Source of the DNA: Basidiobolus meristosporus CBS 931.73
Taxonomy: Eukaryota > Fungi > Basidiobolomycota
Length of the DNA: 51,612 nucleotides
Assembly: GCA_002104905.1 (NCBI GenBank)
Contig: MCFE01000628.1
Coordinates: forward strand, 1 to 51,612
Reading direction: 5' to 3'
This document shows, in pieces, positions 1 to 11,349 of the stretch (position 1 is its first letter; every line of letters begins with the position of its first letter). Below the pieces are notes generated by a model. That model searched no databases and was not told the DNA's origin. It saw only the letters and a list, made by a program, of their open reading frames with translations. A program made the translations under genes and the position numbers.

Positions 1-49
1 GCTCTGCATGTAAACAGTAACTGGTCAATGGAATCTTCCCACTTGCTAA

Positions 50-398
50 TGTTGTAGTTATTAAGTTGTCACCTAAATATTTATGCTAGTTTAGTCACAT
101 AGATCTTATTCTTTGATTAGCATTCTGTCCTGACCAAATTTCTTGTGGGGATTTACTTCATATATTTTTACCAAATTATCAGGTACCCAGATTATGATCT
201 TTCTCGAAGTTGTCCAAAAGCCCCCAAATTTTGCACACATACTTTTGGGACCTTCTGTAGCAAACTCTGCACATTTGCTTGCTCTACTTTATCAAAAGTA
301 TAAACACCATACTTTTGATCAATAAATCTACAAGTGAGTAACATGGAAGTCCTTTAGTTGTTCACATCATTTCCAATACTCCTCAGAATATTGCAACA
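50..398 (+). repeat. Diverged LTR of copia family A (solo or orphan)
   Basis: TGTTG...TGCAACA termini, about 349 bp, colinear with the A LTR at 1225-1574 (GACCAAATT, CAGGTACCCAG, TTTGCACACAT, AAAGTATAAA blocks). No PBS follows and the flanks GCTAA/GTCAA match only partly. Confidence 0.65.
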
Positions 399-769
399 GT
401 CAACAACCCCATTTGCATACTTTGTAAGCATTTCTCACCCAAGAGTGAAAAATTTATTTGTGCTGGTGTATTCAGTCCAGCCCAATTGTCAAGATCCTGC
501 AAGGAGAACATTTTAACAGCGGCAGATTGGAATTCATGATCCTCTTGATAAAATTGTGACAGAATCTTGAAGGTGTTTGGGTGTCTGGACTGCCTAATAT
601 AGTCATGTCCTTGAATATGTTTTGATGGTATTAAGGTCAGTTTTTTGTGACTTTGTAACAATCTTATTGTGGTCTACATTATTTTGACAGGAACAAACTG
701 GTCAATATATATAATTGCCCTGTGTGATAAAAAACATCAGGGTGCATTGTGGTGCATATTTTGTAATTC

Positions 770-976
770 ATCTAAAAGTGGCAAGGAATGCCAGGGCATC
801 ATTAGAAGACATCTATCAGACATGTTCAGCTACTAAGAGTGTGTATCTTGGTCAAAATACTTTATCAAAAAGATTCTGCCAAGAGAAGAAACAGGATATC
901 TAACTATCACATTTTCTCTGTTGACCAATGAGATGAAATCAATTGGCATACAATCTATTCATGAAGATGTCATAGC
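770..976 (+). pseudogene. gag: Old copia-A gag remnant (A0), part 1
   Basis: Translation ARNARASLEDIYQTCSATKSVYL resembles A1 Gag AKNAWKALEDTYQSCSAAKKMYL. Interrupted at ATAGC (972-976) by LTR A3. Confidence 0.65.
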
Positions 977-1224
977 TGTTGTAAAAATTTATATCTCTAC
1001 CTAACTTAGTGATGTAGATCATTACCTACAAGCTCTATAGAATAGTGATCAAATTCCTTGTTGGGATTTACTCACATTATCTTCACCTAAATATTGTTGT
1101 AAAAATTTGAAATTCCACCTAAGTGTTCACATAACTTAGTCACTTAGATCATTACCCTCAAATCCTAGAGAATACTGACCAAATTCCATGTTGGGATTTA
1201 CTTGGAATATTTTCACCAAAATAC

Positions 1225-1574
1225 TGTTGTAAAAATTTGTATTTTCCACCTAAATATTCACCTAACTTAGTCACTTAGATCATCACCTTTAAATCCTAGA
1301 GAATATTGACCAAATTCCTTGTCGGGATTTACTTAGAATATTTTCACCAAAATAACAGGTACCCAGAACATGAAAATTCTCAAAGTTGTCCTAACAGCCC
1401 CAAACTTTGCACACATGTTCTTGGGACCTTCCTTAACCTATTCTACATGTTTGTAATGCCAAGACCAGGTAAAAGTATAAATACTACTTTTACATTCAAT
1501 AAATCATTAAGTGAAAACCACATAATCTACTTGTTCTCCAAGTCACTTCCAATATCTCCAAGACTCCTACAACA
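1225..1574 (+). repeat. A1 5' LTR
   Basis: TGTTGTAA...TACAACA inverted termini. TATA-like TATAAATA 1476-1483 and AATAAA 1498-1503. Confidence 0.95.
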
Positions 1575-1586
1575 GGTTATGAGCCC
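1575..1586 (+). promoter_or_regulatory. Primer-binding site complementary to the anticodon arm of initiator tRNA-Met (half-tRNA priming, Ty5/copia type)
   Basis: GGTTATGAGCCC directly abuts the LTR and is the reverse complement of GGGCUCAUAACC. Same motif at 6138, 11237 and 13134. Confidence 0.85.
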
Positions 1587-1605
1587 CGAGCTGTCACTCT
1601 CTGCA

Positions 1606-4600
1606 ATGTCTACTACTGCTATTACTGGAATTTTTCCCTCTGCTGAAAAGTTGGATGGCTCTAACTACCAAGTGGGGAAGGTGAAGATGAAGATGCTGCT
1701 GCAAGAAAGAGGCCTTTGGGATATTGTCATGGGAGAAGAATGCCCTCCTAAAAACATGGGAGAGGAAGCCTTAAAGTACCAGAACAAAGAACAAAGTGCC
1801 TTTAACTGCATTTGCCTTAATGTCATGGACAAATTGTTAATTCAATGCTCAAGAGCAAAAACGGCAAAGAATGCCTGGAAGGCATTAGAAGACACCTACC
1901 AGTCATGTTCAGCTGCCAAGAAAATGTATCTGAGAAGAAAATTCTTTACTACAAAGATGCTGCCAGGAGAAGAGATGAGAAATATAATTAACAGAATTAC
2001 CCTGCTGGTAGATGAGATGGAATCTGTGGGCGTACCAACTACTGATGAGGATGTGATAGTTACCATCCTGAATAGCCTGACAGACAAGTTTCAGGGCCTT
2101 GTTTCAGCCCTAGAGTCCAGAACTGAAGTTTTGACCTTAAATTACGTATATGGAAGGCTCCTGGATGAAGAATTAAGAAAATCAAGCGCCAATAAGAAGG
2201 AAGAAGAAAATGCTTTAATAAGCAATGATAACCAACAAAGGAGGTACCCAAGACCCTACTAAGGCAACAGCAACCTATTTTGCAACTATTGCAAAAGGAA
2301 AGGACACACATCAGACCGGTGTCTCAAAAAGAAAGATAATCAGCAAAAGAAGCCTGAATATGGAAATGCTGCAACAACTGAAGATAGACTATTCATATCT
2401 GCACTAAATATGACCACAAACAAGGATTCTCAGACGTGGTATATTGACTCTGGAGCTTCTCAACACTTTACACACCAAAAAGAACTTTTTACCCAATATC
2501 AAGAAATTCCAATTAAGAAGGTTTTCATGGGTGACAATAGAACACTTGATGCAGTGGGAGAAGGAACTATTCAAGTAAACCTTAGAAGCAGTGAAGGAAG
2601 CCATACACTGACCTTTAAAGAAGTACTCTATGTACCAGAAATAGCCAAGAACCTACTCTCTGTAAGCAAGGCCACAGCAGAAGGACTCAGTTTCAGTTTT
2701 GACAATTCTGGATGCAGGATCACTGATCAAAATGGTGCTCATATTGCTTCGGGCATCAGAGATCAGAATCTATACAAGTTGACTTATATTCCATCATATC
2801 TGGAAGCCAATATAAGTAACTTAAATGAAGAAACACCAATGCTTTGGCACAGGAGATTTGGGCACATCAATTTTGATTATTTGCGCAAAATGATCAAAGA
2901 TCAGCTAATTTCTGGAGTGAAAATTGATCCCCCAGCTAATTTGGAGCACTGTGAAGCCTGCATATATGGGAAACAAGCTAGACAACTGTTCAAGAGCTCT
3001 GGGTTAATCAAAACTAAGAAAAAATTAGATCTAATTCACTCAGATCTGTGTGGACCTATGCAAAATTTATCCTTAGGCGGGATGAAGTATCTAATCACTT
3101 TTATTGATGATTATACAAGATACACATGGGTCTACTTCATGGAGAGAAAGGAAGAAGCTCTGTCTAAGTTCAGGGAGTTTAAAGCCATGGTGGAGAGAGA
3201 AACTGGTGAAAAAATTCAAGAAAATACGCTCCAACAATGGTGGAGAATATACCTCAAAACTCTTCATCCACATCTGCAAAATTCATGGGATAAAGCAAGA
3301 GACTACTGTACCATACTCCCCACAGCAAAATGGAGTAGCAGAACAAGCTAACAGATCAATCATTGATATGGCAAGATCTATGATCCATGATCAAAAATTA
3401 TCCTATGTTTTTTGGGCGGAATCAGTTGCCACTGCTGTATATCTTAAAAATAGGAGTTATAACAGAATACTTTGTGATTCTACTCCATTTGAAGCATGGT
3501 ATGGATACAGACCAAGTGCAGAACATCTAAGAATATTTGGGTGTACAGCATATGCCAAAAAACTGGCCGGAAATCAGTCAAAATTTGAGCCAAAAAGTGT
3601 AAAATGCATATTTTTGGGCTACTACAATGAGAGTAAGGCATACAGACTCTACAATACCAAAGCAAAGAAGCTTATCAAGTCCAGGGATGTGTTGTTTGAT
3701 GAAAATTCAAAATTTTCACAAAAAATGACATCAGATGATGACAAAAATTTGATCTCAAGTCCACCAATTGCCAGGATTGAATCAGAGCAAAACAATGAAA
3801 ATTTTTTCACTCCAGAGGACTCTACAACTGTGGTTCAGCCAGAATCAGTGCCCAGGAATATCCCAGAAGTGATCATTCCAGTATCAAATGCCCGGAGATC
3901 AAATTGGACAAGAAATAGCCCAAATTACTATATTAATGAGGGTACAAACTTAGCCTATGCCTATTCAGTCCATATTGATGAACCCCAGACTGTAAAAGAG
4001 GCCCTAAATAGCCCTCAGACGGAGTTTTGGAGATCTGCAATGACTGAGGAATATCAGGCCCTGATGGAAAATCAAACTTGGGACTTAGTCAAATTACCAA
4101 TCAACCAAAAATCAATTGGATGCAGATGAGTCTTCAAGACAAAATACAAGGCTGATGGTACAATTGAAAGATACAAAGCAGGACTTGTAGCCAAAGGATA
4201 CTCTCAAACAAAAGGACTTGACTATACTGAGACCTTTGCACCGGTAGTCAAGTTTAATTCCATCAGATTAATATTGGCTATTGCAGCCAAGTATAAGTTT
4301 TTTATTCATCAAATGGATGTAAAAACTGCATTTTTGAATGGAGAACTTGATGAGGACGTATATATGGACCAGCCTGATGGGTTTATTGACCAAGATAACC
4401 CCCATTTGGTCTGCAAGCTTAAAAAGTCACTATATGGTCTCAAACAATCACCAAGAGCCTGGAATTGCAAGATAGATTCTTATTTGGAATCTTTGAGTTT
4501 CAAAAGGAGTAATGCTGACTATAGTATATACTATAAGCCAGATAGAGCAAATCCCGTTCTATTAGCTCTATAGGTGGATGATCTTATTATAGCCGCCAAT

Positions 4601-5551
4601 AACCTAGAAACATTGGAAGAGACTAAATCCAGCCTATCTAAGGAGTTCAAGATGTCTGATTTAGGAGAACTTAGTTACTACTTAGGGATTAAGTTCTCCA
4701 TAGACAGAAGTACCCAGACTATCACCCTAAGTCAATCCAAGTATATTCAAGATATACTAAAGAAGTACAAAATGGAAGACTGTAAACCGGCAGCTACCCC
4801 AATGGAGACAAACCTTAACTTGGTCAAAACTCAACCAAATCAAGAGAGCTTGGTGCCATCTGAAAGCCCTGACTTTCCTTATCAATCTGTAATTGGCAGT
4901 CTGATGTATATCATGCTTGGAACACGTCCAGATATCTCATATTCAGTGGGAGTTGTCAGCCAACATAATCAGAATTATGGATCTGATCATATTGCAGCAG
5001 TTAAGCGGAGTTTTAGATACCTAAAAGGAACTGCTGATATCTGCTTAAGATACACTTATAATGATTCAGAACAGAATCTTGTGGGATACTCTGATGCTGA
5101 TTGGGGACAAAATTTGGAAGACAGAAGATCCACCACAGGATACACCTTTCTTTACTGTAAAGGAGCAATTTCATGGAATTCAAGAAAGGAACCAACCGTA
5201 GCACTTTCTACTACAGAGGCAGAGTATATGGCAGCCTGTGAAGCTACAAAAGAAGCAATGTGGTTAAGAAAGCTGTTTACAGATTTAGGCCTATGTCAAA
5301 AAACACCTATTACTTTATTTCAAGATAATCAAGGATGTATACATTTAGGTAGAAATCCAACTTTTCATGCTAGAACCAAGCACATAGATATTAGACATCA
5401 TTTCATACGTGAAGCTATAGAGAATAACTTAGTTAGCTTAGTTTACTGTCCTACAGATGAAATGATTGCAGACATATTTACCAAACCATTAGCTAGAGAC
5501 AAGTTTGAATATTTTAGGTCAAAATTAGGACTAGTCAGTATGAACATTTAG
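1606..5551 (+). pseudogene. pol: A1 gag-pol polyprotein (Gag, CCHC knuckle, PR, IN, RT, RNase H), disrupted
   Basis: CNYCKRKGHTSDRC; WYIDSGASQH; HRRFGH..CEAC; HSDLCGP; PQQNGVAE; [12 protein letters not shown]; YSDADW; ADIFTK. Lesions: TAA 2260, +1 frameshift about 3215, TGA 4127, TAG 4571. Confidence 0.95.
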
Positions 5552-5553
5552 CT

Positions 5554-5562
5554 GAGTGGGAG
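5554..5562 (+). promoter_or_regulatory. Polypurine tract of A1
   Basis: GAGTGGGAG immediately 5' of the 3' LTR. Same in A2 and, as GAGTGGAAG, in A4. Confidence 0.8.
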
Positions 5563-5912
5563 TGTTGTAAAAATTTGTATTTTCCACCTAAATATTCACC
5601 TAACTTAGTCACTTAGATCATCACCTTTAAATCCTAGAGAATACTGACCAAATTCCTTGTTGGGATTTACTTGGAATAATTTCACCAAAATAACAGGTAC
5701 CCAGAACATGAAAATTCTCAAAGTTGTCCAAACAGCCCCAAACTTTGCACACATGTTCTTGGGACCTTCCTTAACCTATTCTACGTGTTTGTAATGCCAA
5801 GACCAGGTAAAAGTATAAATACTACTTTTACATTCAATAAATCATTAAGTGAAAACCACATAATCTACTTGTTCTCCAAATCACTTCCAATATCTCCAAG
5901 ACTCTTACAACA
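5563..5912 (+). repeat. A1 3' LTR
   Basis: Direct repeat of 1225-1574 (about 97.7%). Confidence 0.95.
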
Positions 5913-6168
5913 AATACTAGGTACCCAGTACATGAAAAATTTTCAAATTTGTTCAAACAGCCCCAAACTCTGCACACATGGTCTTGGGACTTTTCTTAAC
6001 CTATTCTACATGTTTGTAATGCCAAGACCATGTAAAAGTATAAATACTACTTTTGTATTCAATAAATCATTAAGTGAAAACCACATAATCTACTTGCTCT
6101 CCCAATCACTCCCAATATCTCCAAGATTCTTACAACAGGTTATGGGCCCCAAGCTGTCACTCTCAGCA

Positions 6169-9100
6169 ATGTCTACTACAGCTATTACTGGAGTTTTCCC
6201 TCTGCTGAAAAGTTGGATGGATCTAACTATTAAGTGTGGAAGGTGAAGATGAAGATGCTGCAACAAGAAAGAGGCCTTTGGGATATTGTCATGGGAGAAG
6301 AATGCCCTCCTAAAAACGTGGGAGAGGAAGCCTTAAAGTATCAGAAGAAAGAACAAAGTGCCTTTAACTGCACTTGCCTTAATGTTAAAGACAAATTGCT
6401 AATTCAATGCTCAAGAGCAAAAATGGCAAAGAATGCCTGGAAGGCATTGGAAGACACCTACCAGTCATGTTCAGCTGCCAAGAAAATGTATCTGAGACAA
6501 AAATTCTTTACTACAAAGATGCTGCCAGGAGAAGAAATGAAAAATATAATTAACAGAATTACCTTGCTGGTAGATGAAATGGAATTGGTGGGTGTACCAA
6601 CTACTGATGAGGATGTGATAGTTACCATCCTGAATAGCCTGACAGACAAGTTTCAGGGCCTTGTATCAGCCCTAGAGTCCAGAACTGAAGATTTGACCTT
6701 AAATTATATATATGGAAGGCTCCTGGATGAAGAATTAAGCAAATCAAGCACCAATACAAAGGAAGAAGAAAATGCTTTAATAAGCAATGAAAACCAACAA
6801 AGGAGGTACCCAAGACCCTACAAAGGCAACAGCAACCTGTTTTGAAGCTACTGCAAAAGGTAAGGACACACATCAGACCTGTGCTTCAAAAAGTAAGATA
6901 GTCAGCAGAAAAAGCCTGGATATGGAAATGCTGCAACAACTGAAGATAGATTATTCATATTGACACTAAATATGACCACAAACAAGGATTTTCAGACATG
7001 GTACATTGACTCTGGAGCATCTCAACACTTTACACACCAAAAAGACTTTTTACCCAATAGCAAGAAATTCCGATTAAGAAGGTTTTCATTGGTTGACAAT
7101 AGAACACTTGATGCAGTGGGAGAAGCAACTATCCAAGTAAACCTAAGAAGCAGTGAAGGAAGCCATACACTGACTTCCAAAGAAGTACTTTATGTACCAG
7201 AAATAGCCAAGAACCTATTATCTTTAAGCAAGGCCACTGCAGAAGGACTCAGTTTCAGCTTTGACAATTCTGGATGCAAGATCAGTGATCAAATTGGTGC
7301 CCATCTTGCTTTGGGTATAAGAGATCAGAATCTATACAAGTTGACTTATATTCCATCATATTTGGAAGCCAATATAGGTAACTTAAATGAAGAAACACCA
7401 ATGCCTTGGCACAGGAGATTTGGGCACATCAATTTTGATTATTTGCGCAAAATGATCAAAGATCAGCTAATATCTGGAGTAAAAATTAATCCCCAAGCTA
7501 ATTTGAGGCACTGTGAAGCCTGCATATATGGGAAATTAGCCAGACAACTGTTCAAGAGCTCAGGATTGATCAAAACCAAGAAAAAATAGATCTAATTCAC
7601 TCAGATCTGTGTGGACCTTAGCAAAATTTATCCTTAGGCAGGATGAAGTATTTAATCACTTTTATTGATGATTATACTAGATACACATGGGTCTACTTCA
7701 TGAAGAGAAAGGAAGTAGTTCTGTCTAAGCTCAGGGAGTTTAAAGCCATGGTGGAGAGAGAAACTGGTGAAAAAATCAAGAAAATATGCTCTGACAATGG
7801 TGGAGAATATGCCTCAAAACTCTTCATCCACATCTGCAAAATTCATGGGATAAAGCAAGAGACTACTGTACCATACTCCCCACAGCAAAATGGAGTAGCA
7901 GAACGTGCTAGCAGATCAATAATTGATATGGCAAGATCTATGATCTATGATCAAAAATTATACTATGATTTTGGGCAGAATCAGTTGCCACTGCTGTATA
8001 TCTTAAAAATGGGAGTTATAACAGAATACTTTGAGATTCTACTCCATTTGAAGCTTGGTATGTATATAGACCAAATGCAGAATATCTAAGAATATTTGGG
8101 TGTACAGCATATGCCAAGACACTGCCTGGAAATCAGTCAAATTTGAGCCAAAAATGTAAAATGCATATTTTTGGGCTACTGCAATGAGAGTAAAGCATAC
8201 AGACTCTACAATACCAAAGCAAAGAAGCTAATCAAGTCCAGGGATGTGTTGTTTTATGAAAATTCAAAATTTTCACAAAAAATGACATCAGATGATGACA
8301 AAATCTGATCTCAAATCCACCAATTGTCTGGATTAAATCAGAGCAAAACAATGAGAATCTTTTCACTCCAGAGGACTCTATAACCGTGGTTCAGCCAGAA
8401 TCAGTGCCCAGAAATATCCCAGAAGTGATCATTCCAGTATCAAATGCCCAGAGATCCAATTGGACAAGAAATAGCCCAAATTACTATATCAATGAGGGTG
8501 CAAACCTAGCCTATGCCTATTCAGTCCATATTGATGAACCCCAGACTGTAAAAGAGGCCCTAAATAGCCCTCAGACAAAGTTTTGGAGATCTGCAATGAC
8601 TGAAGAATATCAGGCCCTGATGGAAAATCAAACTTGGGACTTAGTCAAATTACCAATCAACCAAAAATCAATTGGATGCAGATGGGTCTTCAAGACAAAA
8701 TACAAGGCTGATGGTACAATTAAAAGATACAAAGCAAGACTTGTAGCCAAAGGATGCTCACAAATAAAAGGACTTGACTATACTGAGACCTTTGCACCAG
8801 TAGCTAAGTTTAATTCCATCAGATTAATATTGACTATTGCAGCCAAATATAAGTTTTTTAATCATGAAATGGATGTAAAAGCTGCATTTTTGAATGAAGA
8901 GCCTGATGAGGACATGTATATGGACCAGCCTGATGGGTTTGCCAACCAAGATAACCCTCATTTGGTCTGCAAGCTTAAAAAGTCTCTATATGGTCTCAAA
9001 CAATCACCAAGAGCCTGGAATTGCAAGATAGATTCTTATTTGGAATCTTTGAGTTTCAAAAGCAGTAATGCTGACTATAGTATATACTATAAGTCAGATA

Positions 9101-10107
9101 GAGCAAATCCAGCTCTATTAGCTCTATAGGTGGATGATATTATTATAGCCACCTATAACCTAGAAACATTGGAAGAGACTAAATCCAGCCTATCTAAGGA
9201 GTTCAAGATGTCCAATCTAGGAGAACTTAGTTACCACTTGGGGATTAAGTTCTCCATAGACAGAAGTACCCAGACTATCACCCTAAGCCAATCCAAGTAT
9301 ATTCAAGATATACTAAAGAAGTACCAAATGGAAGACTGTAAACCAGCTGCTACCCCAATGGAAACAAACCTTAACTTGGTCAAAACTCAACCAAATAAAG
9401 AGAGCTTGGTGCCATCTAAAAGCCCTGACTTTCCTTATCAATCTATGGTTTGCAGCCTGATGTATATCATGCTTGGAACATGTCCAGATATCTCATATTC
9501 AGTGGGAGTTGTCAGCCAACATAATCAGAACTACGGATCTGATCATATTGCAGCAGTTAAGCGGATTTTTAGATACCTAAAAGGAACTGCTGATATCTGC
9601 CTAACATACACTTATAAGGATTCAGAACAGGATCTTGTGGGATACTCTGATGCTGATTGGGGACAAAATTTGGACGACAGAAGATCCACCACAGGATACA
9701 CCTTTCTTTACTGTAAAGGAGCAATTTCATGGAGCTCAGGAAAGCAACCAACCGTAGCACTTTCCACCACAGAGGCAGAGTATATGGCAGCCTGTGAAGC
9801 TACAAAAAAAGCAATGTGGTTAAGAAAGCTTTTTACAGATTTAGGCCTATGTCAAAAAACACCCATCACTTTATTTCAAGATAATCAAGGATGTATACAA
9901 TTAGGTAGAAATCCAACTTTTCATGCTAGAACCAAGCACATAAATATTAGACATCATTTCATACATGAAGCTATAGAGAATAACTTAGTTAGCTTAGTTT
10001 ACTGTCCTACAGATGAAATGATTGCAGACATATTTACCAAACCATTAGCTAGAAACAAGTTTGAATATCTTAGGTCAAAATTAGGACTAGTCAGTATGAA
10101 CGTTTAG
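6169..10107 (+). pseudogene. pol: A2 gag-pol, multiple frameshifts and stops
   Basis: ORF fragments 6234-6845, 6960-7589, 7643-8089, 8386-9129, 9130-10107 are colinear with A1. Confidence 0.92.
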
Positions 10108-10697
10108 CTGAGTGGGAGTGTTATAAAAATTTGTAATTCCACCTAAATATTCACCTAGCTTAGTCACTTAGATCATTACCCTCAGATCCTAGAGAATACT
10201 GACCAAATTCCTTGTTGGGATTTACTTGGAATAATTTCACCAAAATACCAGGTACCCAGAATATGAAAAATTCTCAAAGTTGTTCAAACAGCCCCAAACT
10301 TTGCACACATGGTCTTAGGACCTTCCTTAACCTATTCTACATGCTTGTAATGCCAAGACCATGTAAAAGTATAAATACTACTTTTACATTCAATAAATCA
10401 TTAAGTGAAAACCACATAATCTACTTGTTCTCCCAATCACTTCCAATATCTCCAAAACTCTTACAACAAGTATCAGGTACCAAGAACATGAAAATTCTCA
10501 AAGGTGCTCAAACGGCCCCAAGCTTTGCACACATGTTCTTGGGGCCTTCCTAAATCTATTCTATTGGCTTATTATGCCAAGATTATACAGAAGTATAAAT
10601 ACTCCTTTTACAATCAATAATTAACTAAGTGAAAACCATATAATCTACCTGTTCTCCTAATCACTTCCAATATCTCCAAGACCATCACCTCAGTAGC

Positions 10698-10890
10698 TAC
10701 CCACCTATATAGCCTGAAAGGCATATTTTAGGGCCTCTTATAAGCCCTAGAGTGCAGAACTGAAGTCATGATCTTAAAGTATCCATATAGAAGTCCTAGA
10801 TATGGAATTTAGAAAATCCAGTGCAAATATGCAGGAAGAAGACAATGCTCTAATAAACAATGACTGCCACCAAAGAAGGCACTCAAGACC
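10698..10890 (+). pseudogene. gag: Old copia-A gag remnant (A0), part 2
   Basis: GCCCTAGAGTGCAGAACTGAAG...EEDNALINND matches A1 Gag C-terminus (ALESRTE...EEENALISND). Confidence 0.65.
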
Positions 10891-10896
10891 CTCTAA

Positions 10897-11345
10897 TGTA
10901 CTGAAAGTTTGTATTTGCACCCAAATACTGGCCTCACTTAGCCACTTAGATTATTACCTACAAATCTCAGATACTCCTAAGTTCTTGGCATGGACTAAGA
11001 GTATTTTCACTAAAGTACCAGTTACCCAGAGCATGCAACTTCTCAATGTTGCCTAAACCACCCCAAAGTTTGCACACATGCTCATGGGACCTTCTTGAAC
11101 ATATTATGTATGTTGGATCTGCCAAGACTATGTAATGTACAAAAATAGCTTTTACATTCAATAAATTATCAAGTGAGTACTACATACTCTATCTGCTCCC
11201 TCAATCACCACAGGTATCTTCAAGAATCTTACAGCTGGCTATGAGCCCTAAGCTATCAAATTTTGGAGTAGCTACTACTGGTAATGTCTGAATTCTTCCC
11301 TCTGCTGATAAGTTGTTGAGATCTAGCAACCAAGTCTAGAAGGTA
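10897..11345 (+). mobile_element. Truncated old copia-A copy (A6): degraded 5' LTR about 10897-11236, PBS and gag start
   Basis: LTR blocks conserved; GGCTATGAGCCC at 11237; TTCTTCCCTCTGCTGATAAGTTG matches the gag 5' end. Confidence 0.65.
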
Positions 11346-11349
11346 TGCT

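Larger units (their letters stand above)
1225..5912 (+). mobile_element. Full-length copia element A1 (4688 bp)
   Basis: Two 350-bp LTRs with about 8 differences, PBS, PPT, gag-PR-IN-RT-RH domain order, perfect TSD AATAC (1220-1224 / 5913-5917). Confidence 0.97.
1095..10468 (+). mobile_element. Copia element A2 (5' LTR 1095-1224 + 5918-6137, 3' LTR 10119-10468), carrying nested A1
   Basis: TG...CA LTRs about 93% identical by eye, PBS GGTTATGGGCCC 6138-6149, PPT GAGTGGGAG before 10119, TSD AATAT (1090-1094) / AGTAT (10469-10473). Confidence 0.9.
977..10692 (+). mobile_element. Solo LTR A3 of copia family A, split into 977-1094 and 10474-10692 by element A2
   Basis: The two halves join into one A LTR. 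TSD ATAGC (972-976) / GTAGC (10693-10697). A0 gag resumes after it (TACC...ATAGCCTG). Confidence 0.75.

Noticed and set aside
1306-1605. N-terminal 100-aa extension of Gag from a TTG in the LTR (also ORFs 5785-6246, 10212-10553)
   Set aside because: Non-ATG start within U3, upstream of the TATA motif, and the frame is not kept across LTR copies. Incidental.
4571-4573. Genome-wide reassignment of UAG (to Tyr or Gln)
   Set aside because: Tyr is otherwise TAT/TAC throughout, family F uses TAT in YVDD, TAG serves as the normal pol stop in A, and other in-frame stops replace inconsistent residues (K, W, Y, C, Q, R).
1095-10468. Tandem LTR-sharing array made by recombination or circle integration
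   Set aside because: A1 has two complete LTRs and splits the A2 LTR with a 5-bp duplication, which indicates integration rather than homologous recombination.
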